A stretch of DNA of 64,000 bases from an uncultured bacterium (lineage in GTDB: Bacteria > Zixibacteria > MSB-5A5 > CAIYYT01): positions 6,479 through 70,478 of the forward strand of contig CAIYYT010000002.1 of assembly GCA_903930455.1 (NCBI GenBank), in the 5' to 3' direction. The notes below the pieces were generated by a model. It saw only the letters and a program-made list of their open reading frames with translations, was not told the DNA's origin and made no database searches. Shown piece by piece: positions 18,722 through 26,947 of this stretch (positions are counted from its first letter, which is position 1; each line of letters begins with the position of its first letter). A program made the position numbers and the translations under genes.

Positions 18722-20211
18722 ACAACTTCACCTCCATTGGCGGTTGATTGGTGATGGTTGGAGATTAGTAATTCGAAGGTCTCGAGGTCCTTCTCGATTG
18801 CTTCTCGGGTCTGCTCGATGTCATTGGGATCAAGGTTTTGCTTTCTGGCGAGCTTGGCAACATGGCTGTAGGCAACGATCTTGGCCAAGTCAGACTGCTG
18901 ATCCAGCAACCCCTCTACCTCCTCGACAAATTCGATGCATTCCCCTTGAAGGTTCGGGATACACTTGCTGGATAGCTTCTCGCCGGAGACCTTGCGGCTC
19001 AAACCCTCCAAAAGCTCCCTGGGAACTGTGCCGGGACGGCGTGCCTCTACTTGCAAAGCCGTATAGGCCAGCAGAGTGATGTCTTGCTCGCCATTGATTA
19101 AGTCATTCCAGGCCTTGGAAGCCGCAAACTCTCCCAGGTTTGATGTGAGTAGGATTTCGGCTTTGCGCATCATGTCTTTGGTCGTGAAGAGCTCGTAGAT
19201 GGTGTTGACCTTTTCCATATTCGAACCCTCAGCGAAAAAGCTACTCAACAGGTCGAAGCAGATCTCCATCTTGTGAACTGCCTCTTCTTTCTTGAGTGAT
19301 TCATCGTTCAAACCGACTGGAATGCTGGATTGGACAACGTAGCGAGCTGACTTGACAAAGTCTGGTATCGTTGTGCTGAGCACTTCGGACTTGGCCAATT
19401 CGATGGCCCGATTGGAGAGGATGTTTCGGTAGATAAAGCCCAGCCTTCTACCATCAAGTGAGATGTCGCCTTTGGATTCCCTCATCAGGAGATCGGCAAA
19501 GCGCGCCAAGAACAAGGAAAGCGTTGAGTACTGCTCTCTTAGGGTGTTGAAGTGTCTTGCTGCGGTGTGGAACATCTGGGTCATCTTCTGACCGATTTCC
19601 TTCACTTCCTGCTTGTCAACTGTGCCACTGGTTTGTCCGTTGTTCCAGACTGAGATGGCAGGAGCATCATCGCCGTTGATGTGTCCGGTGACTTTGATGC
19701 GGTCTGCTTCCTCCATCTGCAAGACATCCGGAGGATAAACAAACAAGGCAAATCGGCCGATCAGTGCTTCGTCGAGTGCCTGGGTGGCTGAGTAGTTCAT
19801 GGGGTTCATGGCTGCCCACACCCATTTGACCTTGGTCTCAAATCCCATGATCTTTCGAGAACGGATAATTTCGAGCCATTTGCTCTGAAGTTCGGGGACG
19901 GCGCGATTGAGTTCGTCTATCAGGACTAGTTCCTTGTCCCAGATGGTGACGTTGCTCGGGACATATTCTACGACTCCCTGTTTCAATTTTTCGATGTTGG
20001 GGAAGCCAAGTATGTCCTCGAACATGCATTTGCTTGCGTCGTAGACGAGTGACTTGCGGTTGAGTGCTTGGCCGATTTTGTTGGCCACGTGGGTCTTTGC
20101 GCAACCATGATTGCCAATCAGTAGTAGCGGGTCGCCTGTCAAGAGCGATGACAGGATTAGGTTTTCGTCTTCGTCTTTCCAGCCGTAGATGCCGAGTGTT
20201 TCGAGTATCAT
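18697..20211 (-). CDS. MoxR/RavA-like AAA+ ATPase
   Basis: LLLIGNHGCAKT, LVLIDELNRA, WAAMNP, LDEALIGRF. Confidence 0.9.
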   Translation of the reverse strand: MILETLGIYGWKDEDENLILSSLLTGDPLLLIGNHGCAKTHVANKIGQALNRKSLVYDASKCMFEDILGFPNIEKLKQGVVEYVPSNVTIWDKELVLIDELNRAVPELQSKWLEIIRSRKIMGFETKVKWVWAAMNPMNYSATQALDEALIGRFALFVYPPDVLQMEEADRIKVTGHINGDDAPAISVWNNGQTSGTVDKQEVKEIGQKMTQMFHTAARHFNTLREQYSTLSLFLARFADLLMRESKGDISLDGRRLGFIYRNILSNRAIELAKSEVLSTTIPDFVKSARYVVQSSIPVGLNDESLKKEEAVHKMEICFDLLSSFFAEGSNMEKVNTIYELFTTKDMMRKAEILLTSNLGEFAASKAWNDLINGEQDITLLAYTALQVEARRPGTVPRELLEGLSRKVSGEKLSSKCIPNLQGECIEFVEEVEGLLDQQSDLAKIVAYSHVAKLARKQNLDPNDIEQTREAIEKDLETFELLISNHHQSTANGGEVVCKLSSCH

Positions 20212-20251
20212 TGTTTTTTCTCCTATCTTCTTTGCCCCTTTGAGGGCAATG

Positions 20252-20287
20252 AAAAAGGGGAGATCCTCGCTGATGAGGGTTCTCCCC
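20252..20287 (-). terminator. Intrinsic terminator-like hairpin just upstream of the AAA gene
   Basis: Minus strand GGGGAGAACCCTC-ATCAGC-GAGGATCTCCCC-TTTTT. Confidence 0.7.
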
Positions 20288-20456
20288 GTGGTTTAAGTTT
20301 GTTGATGATTGTTAGCTGTTGTTGAATTGAGATGAGTGGAGCTATGGTTTGTGGATGATGTCCCCTTTTCCGTTGCGATGTCGCGCCCCAGTCATGGAGG
20401 AACAGCTGTTAGTGGGGCGGACAGTGATTTGTGGTTTCTTCCTGGTTTTCTCCTTT

Positions 20457-21752
20457 CTATTCGCAGACGTCTGAGAGGTTGACGATGTCGCCGAATTTGG
20501 CAAAGTCCTCGCAGGTGGTTGTGCCGTCGAAGAGGATCGTCAAGGTAACGAGCCCCAAGGCTTTAAGTTGTTTTGACAATTCTTCTGACATGTCGGCGTA
20601 ACCATCGGTAATGATGATTGCCTTTTCGAATCGTCTTTCGAGTATTGATTGGGCTATGCAGTTGAAGTCGGTGCCGTAACTTGTCCTGATTTTGCCTTTG
20701 ATCAGATCTTGCATGGTGGTTTCGACTACTATGTTCGAAAACAGGAACAGCGAGGTGACACTGTTTTTCAGCTTGGATAGGACTCCGATGATATTTGGCA
20801 GGTAATCGTTTACGCTTCCAGAGACGTCAAGGTAGATCGCCAGACCCTTTTCTTCAGAGGTTGGTTTGGATGTGTGGTTGTGGAAGTACCCCGGATAAAA
20901 CCCCGAAGCCAACAGTACCAAGTCGCGTTTGGATGGATACAATGGAATGGGTGAAACTCCCACCCGCTGAACCCGAAAGTACTCCTTGAATCGGTCAAGT
21001 TTGCGCTTGGTCAGAAACTTTTGTAGCAGTACTTTCTTTATTGATAGGTGTGTCTTCAACGCCTCCATAAACAGATCAAGCAGTTCAAGGCTGAATCCGG
21101 CGTTTCTTCCTCCTTTGCCGGCGACGCTGCGCTTCAGGTCTTCGGCGATTTTGGAGAGCAGTTCGTTTGGAAAAGAGGTCTCGTGACTCGATGGGTTTCC
21201 GTCGTGGGAGTGGCTGCCGATCAAGACAACAGTTGATAGTCGTTCGCTTTGGGTCAGGATCTTCAAAGTCTGGATCAACTCTCCAGTCGTGAAATGATCG
21301 TGTTCGTCGTTTTGACTGTATAGCCTTTCGTAGACCTTGCTGTACTTGCCTCGCGACATTTCACTCAAGGGCCGCAGTAGCCCAGGCAGTCCTCGATCCG
21401 GATAAAACTTGCGGAACAGACTGCCGTTGCGGGAATAGTCGGTGTATACTTCGCTGATGACAGCATTGATGATTGCATCAGCAGCAATGTTCTCCAGCTC
21501 ACCATTCTCATAGATGAAGTGGCAGAACATTGGATGCAGCAGCTCGTGAAAGACCAGGCTGAACAAGTCTTCTTTACATGTGATATGCTTGTTGATGAAC
21601 CCTGGATTGTACGACAGTTTGCCGTCAACGGTGATCGCCGCCGTCGGAATCCTGTCATCTTCAACGGTTTCGTTAACGAAGCCGGCGACGAAGCTGTCAA
21701 AGCCGAGAGCATCTTTGAGTACTTCTCTCACGGTTTCGAGATTGATTTTCAT
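20457..21752 (-). CDS. DUF2201-like HExxH metallopeptidase plus vWA domain protein
   Basis: IPTAAIT..HELLH..ENIAADAIIN; MIDAS YLDVSGSV, GTDF, IIITDGY. Confidence 0.88.
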   Translation of the reverse strand: MKINLETVREVLKDALGFDSFVAGFVNETVEDDRIPTAAITVDGKLSYNPGFINKHITCKEDLFSLVFHELLHPMFCHFIYENGELENIAADAIINAVISEVYTDYSRNGSLFRKFYPDRGLPGLLRPLSEMSRGKYSKVYERLYSQNDEHDHFTTGELIQTLKILTQSERLSTVVLIGSHSHDGNPSSHETSFPNELLSKIAEDLKRSVAGKGGRNAGFSLELLDLFMEALKTHLSIKKVLLQKFLTKRKLDRFKEYFRVQRVGVSPIPLYPSKRDLVLLASGFYPGYFHNHTSKPTSEEKGLAIYLDVSGSVNDYLPNIIGVLSKLKNSVTSLFLFSNIVVETTMQDLIKGKIRTSYGTDFNCIAQSILERRFEKAIIITDGYADMSEELSKQLKALGLVTLTILFDGTTTCEDFAKFGDIVNLSDVCE

Positions 21753-21773
21753 GGTTACCTCCTTTCAAGGCAC

Positions 21774-21817
21774 AAAATGAAAAATGCCCGATGGTCTGCT
21801 TGAGCAATCCGTCAGGC
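21774..21817 (-). terminator. Terminator-like hairpin in the vWA gene leader
   Basis: Imperfect stem GCCTGACGG..CCATCGGGC followed by ATTTTTCATTTT, about 22 nt before the ATG. Confidence 0.5.
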
Positions 21818-22232
21818 GGTTGATTTGCGTTCTTCTCGATGAATTCATCGCGAAGAGCCATTGATGAGACTTCTCAGAAAAGACTAAAACGCACTCCGAG
21901 AGCACAACGAAACAGGACACAGTGGAGCGAGATATCTACTTAGCGCCGCCTTTGCTTTCGCTCGTCGCCCAGCGACGAATACAAGGGCAACACGGTGGAA
22001 ACTGAAGTTCAATTCACTCTCACCAAGACAGGCAAAGGTGAAGACGATTGTTAGTTCTCATTTAGTCTGAATATCAGATCAACTCTTGCGAGGATCACAA
22101 ACCAGATTGTTACTATCACCCAGTGGGAATGAGCCAATGCTTATAAATCTTTCGCTTATTAAAACTTAGCTCCATTTGAAAAATTAACAAACCCGAACAA
22201 ACAGAAGCTCCAAGAGCCGGCAAGCAAACGAT

Positions 22233-22325
22233 GAGGAAAAAGGAAAAGAAGGAGAAGGAAGAAAAGAGAAAAGGGAAAAGAGGGAGAGAAAAAAGAGAGA
22301 AGGAGAAAGGGAGAAAAGGAAAAAA
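22233..22325 (+). repeat. 93-nt uninterrupted polypurine tract
   Basis: Only A and G from 22233 to 22325. Confidence 0.95.
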
Positions 22326-22419
22326 CGAGAAACGAAGAAAATGAACTAAAAGCAACGAAGCAACGGACCACATCAAAACAATACATCCAGAACTGAATCA
22401 ACAAAAAGGAATCTAGGTC

Positions 22420-22704
22420 CTAAATCCAAGGAACGATCCGAACGTTCCACCACTTGATCGAAGTGCGAATCTCAACCACCATCACCCTTTCCTCCAACGA
22501 CTTCACCCTTCGACACCCCGGATCCTTCCAAACCACCGAATAATCTCCGACAAGAGGACAACGACCAACCCACTTGTGAATCTGCCAGGAAAACACCCTA
22601 TCGACCTTCCGAGGTGCCTGCGCCTCCAAAATCGCCGCCTTGATCACCTGACTGTAATCAATCTCATACATACCAAATCTTACCTTCTGTTTGTATCCTT
22701 CCAT
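22420..22704 (-). CDS. Small hypothetical protein (94 aa)
   Basis: ATG with GGAGG RBS; no recognisable family. Confidence 0.6.
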   Translation of the reverse strand: MEGYKQKVRFGMYEIDYSQVIKAAILEAQAPRKVDRVFSWQIHKWVGRCPLVGDYSVVWKDPGCRRVKSLEERVMVVEIRTSIKWWNVRIVPWI

Positions 22705-22727
22705 CTTAAGCCTCCAGGAGCTCTCAC

Positions 22728-22772
22728 GTGAACTCCGTTTTTTTTCAATTTTTCAAAAAAAACGGGGTTCAC
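22728..22772. repeat. 18-bp inverted repeat, candidate oriT/ori hairpin
   Basis: GTGAACTCCGTTTTTTTT-CAATTTTTC-AAAAAAAACGGGGTTCAC, one mismatch. Confidence 0.8.
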
Positions 22773-23011
22773 CAATCACACGGAGACCGGCTTGCTGCAA
22801 AGGACGGTAGGCGACCCCGAAGGGGGAAAGCTTTACTAAATAGTTCGCGATGAGCGAATCTATTAGATAAAGCTTTAGCCGCCGTCCGAGCAGCAAGCAA
22901 CGCCGATTGAACTTCACTGTCCCACCCTCGTCATCTCCTGTCATACCTGTATACCTACTATATTCGAGTTTCGTTACAAATGCCAAGTCGTTGGCCGTTA
23001 GGGAATTCGGA

Positions 23012-23081
23012 GTAACAAAATTGTAACATAATGGTAATCCCAAAAGGCAATTATGTTACCTTTTTCGGCCAATTATGTTAC
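23012..23081. repeat. Four 12-bp iteron-like repeats
   Basis: CAATTATGTTAC at 23048 and 23070 (22 bp apart); inverted one-mismatch copies GTAACAAAATTG at 23012 and GTAACATAATGG at 23023. Confidence 0.8.
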
Positions 23082-24004
23082 TGCTTTTCAGAAGCTATAT
23101 TATCGGGTTCGGGCTCTTTGTTGAGGGGTAATTGATATTCGAAGGACTGGAAAACTCCGAGAATGGAATACAATCCAGACTTGGTGTCACCCCCCTTTGT
23201 CCAGATCCGAGCTGAGATACCGGACTTAAATAGGGAGTTATGGTCGGCAAGCCAGATGAAGTCGGTTGCGGGAACGGATCTGACCAGTCGGCAGAGCTGG
23301 AGGGAGCGAGCCTCAGTATTTGCCACGAACAGCGTCCGGAATCCCCTAAAAAGTGCCGGCAGTATCTCTTCAAACTGTTTGTAGGATCCGGATCGGAACA
23401 CCTGTTGATAACTGAGAATCTTTTTCCGGATGTCTGTGGTCTTGGTGTCGGAGCTTGACAAAGTCTCGGTGCCCATGTCGACTTCGAGAAAAAAGAGCAA
23501 CGACTTGCCCTGCTTCGTATCGGTTATCGAAAAGATGCCGTCGGGGATGATGCTTGTCGCGATCCGGGAGTCCGGCAAACTGATTTCGCAGCGACCACGA
23601 TCGATCGAGGAAGATAGGAAATCGACTTTCAGGTACGAACGTTGCCTGACCAGCTGAGCCAGGTGAATCCAAACCCAATTGACGAGCAGCTGATGGCCGA
23701 GACTTCTGAAATCGAGATTCGTGATCTGATCGCCGGCTGTGCCGGCATCAATTTCCCCGGAACCTTTCAAAACCTTCAGGCCCAGGGAAGTGAGGCAAAC
23801 CAGGGATTCCGGTCTGCCTGCAGAACTGTCGCTTGGCCGCTCGGCCATCGTAAGGAGCCCGACTGCTCTAAGTTCGCGAACTTTCTTGCGTGCCATCTGC
23901 TGGCTGGGAAAGATCAGCAGGGTCAATTGGGACGTCGTCAGAATGCGATACTCCGCCACAGTCTTGAGTATCTCGATGTCTCTCGGTGTTAGGTCTGCTC
24001 TCAC
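23078..24004 (-). CDS. Replication-relaxation (Replic_Relax) family protein
   Basis: LTPRDIEILKTVAEYRILTTSQL wHTH; HQLLVN; IIPDGIF..LFFLEVDMGTE..KILSY. Confidence 0.88.
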   Translation of the reverse strand: MRADLTPRDIEILKTVAEYRILTTSQLTLLIFPSQQMARKKVRELRAVGLLTMAERPSDSSAGRPESLVCLTSLGLKVLKGSGEIDAGTAGDQITNLDFRSLGHQLLVNWVWIHLAQLVRQRSYLKVDFLSSSIDRGRCEISLPDSRIATSIIPDGIFSITDTKQGKSLLFFLEVDMGTETLSSSDTKTTDIRKKILSYQQVFRSGSYKQFEEILPALFRGFRTLFVANTEARSLQLCRLVRSVPATDFIWLADHNSLFKSGISARIWTKGGDTKSGLYSILGVFQSFEYQLPLNKEPEPDNIASEKQ

Positions 24005-24537
24005 AACGAAGTAGCGGATGAACCAAACAGGCGGTTTCGGCAGTTTGATGTAAGGGATTGACCTCTGACCGAATATTGCTCCACTCCGAAAGCTGGCCCT
24101 TCGGATCCAAAGATTTCCTGTGATCGATTAGGCTGCCTGTGTCGCGGACACATATGGCGTTCCCCTGACCGTCGGGGACAGAATCCGATAAGTCCCGAAA
24201 GAGCACTATCGAAAAATGATTGCACCACTCAGAGCGTGGCTGAAATTCCAGTTCCGTGTGTCCGAGTTGGTTTGACAACGTACATAAGACTCTTCCTTTT
24301 TTAACAGACTCCAAATCCACATGCGACGCACATGGTTGATCCTATAACGTTGATGGCGAGTACGTGATGTCACTACACTCGGCGGAGTGATCAGATTCCC
24401 GGAGGGCTACAGAGCAGGATATTTCACGTACAACGACAGGGAAGAAACGGAATTTACTGGGCTAAATCGAGGTCGTTGCCCTTTGCAGATTTATTCCCTC
24501 GTCCACATGCAACTCTGGCGTTTGGTTAGGCACAGCG

Positions 24538-25500
24538 TCATTCCAGCCAGAATCGGTTAAGATACACGATAACAGGACGTTCTGGCTGATGGGCAAATAG
24601 TATTACTCTTTGGATCGCTTTCATGTCAGTTTCGCGTCCTTTCGGCGCCCTCCTCACCTTTTCCAAGGGAATCCTTATGGAATTCAGGCCTGCCACAAGG
24701 ATTAGCTCACACGTAAAACGATCGCTTTCGCTGAAGTTGTGATGAACATCGTCAATTCTCAGACCAAGATGCAGCGTGTCCTGACTATTCGAAAACGCAT
24801 CAATACGAAGAGTCTTGTACGAACTCCAGTCAGGATATGGTTCTTCAATAGTGACACCGGGATACTCGGACTCGCCTAGACAAAGGCGGGCAACTTGGCT
24901 TTGGCTCAAATCAGACCACCCAACCGGGGGAGAAACTCGGGTCAACGTGGCATCTTGCATCTTGATAAACTGATCGCTCCAACATGAGACGAAATTACAG
25001 ATCTGCGGAAACTCTTGACTTCGCATGACATATGCCGTTACGCTGAAACCGAGTGAGATAAACGCCGAAAGGAAGATCAAGAGTGAAAGCACAAGAAGGA
25101 TATTCCTGACTGCCCCACTCCAAATCTTGGTCCAGCAGGTAATTTTGGAATCGAGTATGAAATACGAACCGAGAAAGGAAGCCGCTCCCAGGGAGTCGCG
25201 CACGACGTCGATGAAGTCAGCATCTCTCTGAAGAAAGTGTTGAATAATTTCTATCGTCACGCCGATAAGGATAGTAATTCCAAACGAAAGAAGATAGTAG
25301 ACTAACTGAGCGTGATTGTATCGAGGAAGAATATTTCGCAGCAAAACTAGGAGTGCGATCGCAAAAACGCCGAATGCAGGCGCATGACATGCATTCTGAA
25401 CTGCCGCCCAGAGCATCGTGCTATCGGGGAGATTGCCGATGACTGTGACTATACCGATCGCGAGGATGATGCAAAGTGATAATGCACTCGATGCTTTCAT
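24538..25500 (-). CDS. VanZ-like membrane protein with C-terminal carbohydrate-binding-like domain
   Basis: NACHAPAF, EIIQHFLQRDADFIDVVRDSLG; C-terminal DWSSYKTLRID..GLNSIRIPL. Confidence 0.8.
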   Translation of the reverse strand: MKASSALSLCIILAIGIVTVIGNLPDSTMLWAAVQNACHAPAFGVFAIALLVLLRNILPRYNHAQLVYYLLSFGITILIGVTIEIIQHFLQRDADFIDVVRDSLGAASFLGSYFILDSKITCWTKIWSGAVRNILLVLSLLIFLSAFISLGFSVTAYVMRSQEFPQICNFVSCWSDQFIKMQDATLTRVSPPVGWSDLSQSQVARLCLGESEYPGVTIEEPYPDWSSYKTLRIDAFSNSQDTLHLGLRIDDVHHNFSESDRFTCELILVAGLNSIRIPLEKVRRAPKGRETDMKAIQRVILFAHQPERPVIVYLNRFWLE

Positions 25501-25670
25501 TGATTAGCCTCCGAGATGACATGAACATAACTTGGATGGCTGGTTCATGTGACAATTCCTTTCCATTGCCGTGGCAAATCGGTACGTAAGGGACTTATTC
25601 TCTAGATGGTCGTGCGCGCCGGATCTTGGTGGGTGTCCATCGGTTGACGTGGATTAAGATTCTGAGCCAT

Positions 25671-26414
25671 TCATGCCTTGACTGAAACACTTGTGTAGAG
25701 AAATTCACTCAAGCCGATGGCACCGATTATCTTGTATTTCAGATCAGGTGATTGGATGTATTTCCGCCGGCAATCCCGATAACCTTCTGAAGTGTAATAC
25801 TTAGTGATATACCCGTGGTGAAAAAGGAATTCCGCGATTCTCTTGAGAGTGAACCTGTGGGGGTGTCCTCTGTCAATACGTGTTATTGCCAATATTCCAT
25901 GCAAGAAGGAACCCCAAGCAGGGTGAACATTAACGGTTAGATATAGGATGCCGTCCGCCTTGAGTACTCGGTAAATCTCCGCTACGAGTCTGTCGGCATT
26001 TCGAACGTGGTCTATGACGTTTTCGATAATGACTAGGTCCATGGAGCTGTCCTCAAACCGCAGTCCTTCTTGCTCGATATCTCATATCTTATATTTGGAC
26101 TCCGGTACTCCACAAGTTCCGGCTGAGTAGAATAGAAATCGCAGAGCGGGTCGATCGCAAATCGTTCGGACGCATCCCGTGAATGCTATGGCTCCTACCG
26201 GCCAGCTTCCCACTTCAAGAACGCGTACCTGAGAGAAGGATCTCCGTTCGCCTAGAAACGCTTTGTTTAGCATTTCCATAAGGTATTCTGAACGCCATTT
26301 GTGATAGGTTAATGGCGGGCGCGCCCCATCTCGTATTCTCTGTGCGGTGGCTTTCCAAAAAAGCCGTTCAATGATTTGCGCTTTCTTCCAACGATCAAGT
26401 GAAATCACGAGCAT
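25671..26414 (-). pseudogene. Frameshifted class I SAM methyltransferase
   Basis: VLEVGSWPVG in 26082-26414 and DLVIIENVIDHV..EIYRVLKADG in 25671-26042 lie in separate ORFs. Confidence 0.75.
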
Positions 26415-26891
26415 TCTCCATGACAGATCGATGATTTCTGCCCTATTCCCTTATGTAGTTTACGATAGATTGTTGTCGATTGCAACCGATTTCTTGAGTC
26501 CTGTTGCGAGACCTTTCATCGCAATTTATCTCAACATCAGCTTTTCATCGGGCAAACGCGACAAAGCCATTTCTTTGTACTCCCAAAGTTGTAGCTTTAT
26601 TTCGGCTTTTCAAGCTATCTTAATGGAGTGTGAATTACAAGGAAGTCCCTCGCCAATATCGCCGAATACCGGTCACTGTCGTCGACCCGAAGGGTATTAT
26701 TTTCGTACTGCAACAATTCGCTGGCTTCGGTTTCATTTCAGATTGGGCATGCCTCGGGTAAGGCCGAATCGATTATCAGGCCCACTTGAGGAAGCTGCCG
26801 TCTTCGGAATGACGGTGTTGATAGAATCCCACGAGATGCAGTAAATGACCCGAAAATACAATCTGCCTTTTTGGCTCAAACAATTCGCGCG

Positions 26892-26906
26892 TGGGACAAG
26901 GGTTGC
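26892..26906 (+). promoter_or_regulatory. sigma54 promoter candidate
   Basis: TGGGAC-AAGGG-TTGC (GG-N10-GC) upstream of the flippase. Confidence 0.6.
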
Positions 26907-26947
26907 TTTTTGACAGAGACTGCCATAAATTCAATTAATGATTATGA

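Larger units (their letters stand above)
8600..24300 (-). mobile_element. Putative mobilisable island without visible integrase (boundaries approximate)
   Basis: Co-oriented Replic_Relax, vWA/AAA and HerA-like genes with strong strand skew, interrupting the PEP-CTERM/EPS locus; no att repeats or recombinase found. Confidence 0.65.

Noticed and set aside
22116..22404. Phe/Ser/Leu-rich minus-strand ORFs (86 and 81 aa)
   Set aside because: Open frames follow from the pyrimidine-only strand lacking stop codons; no clear RBS
23868..24320. Short ORFs upstream of Replic_Relax as a coupling-protein or integrase remnant
   Set aside because: No recognisable motifs
24230..24537. tRNA or att site at the island's right boundary
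   Set aside because: No cloverleaf and no convincing direct repeat shared with 8340-8750
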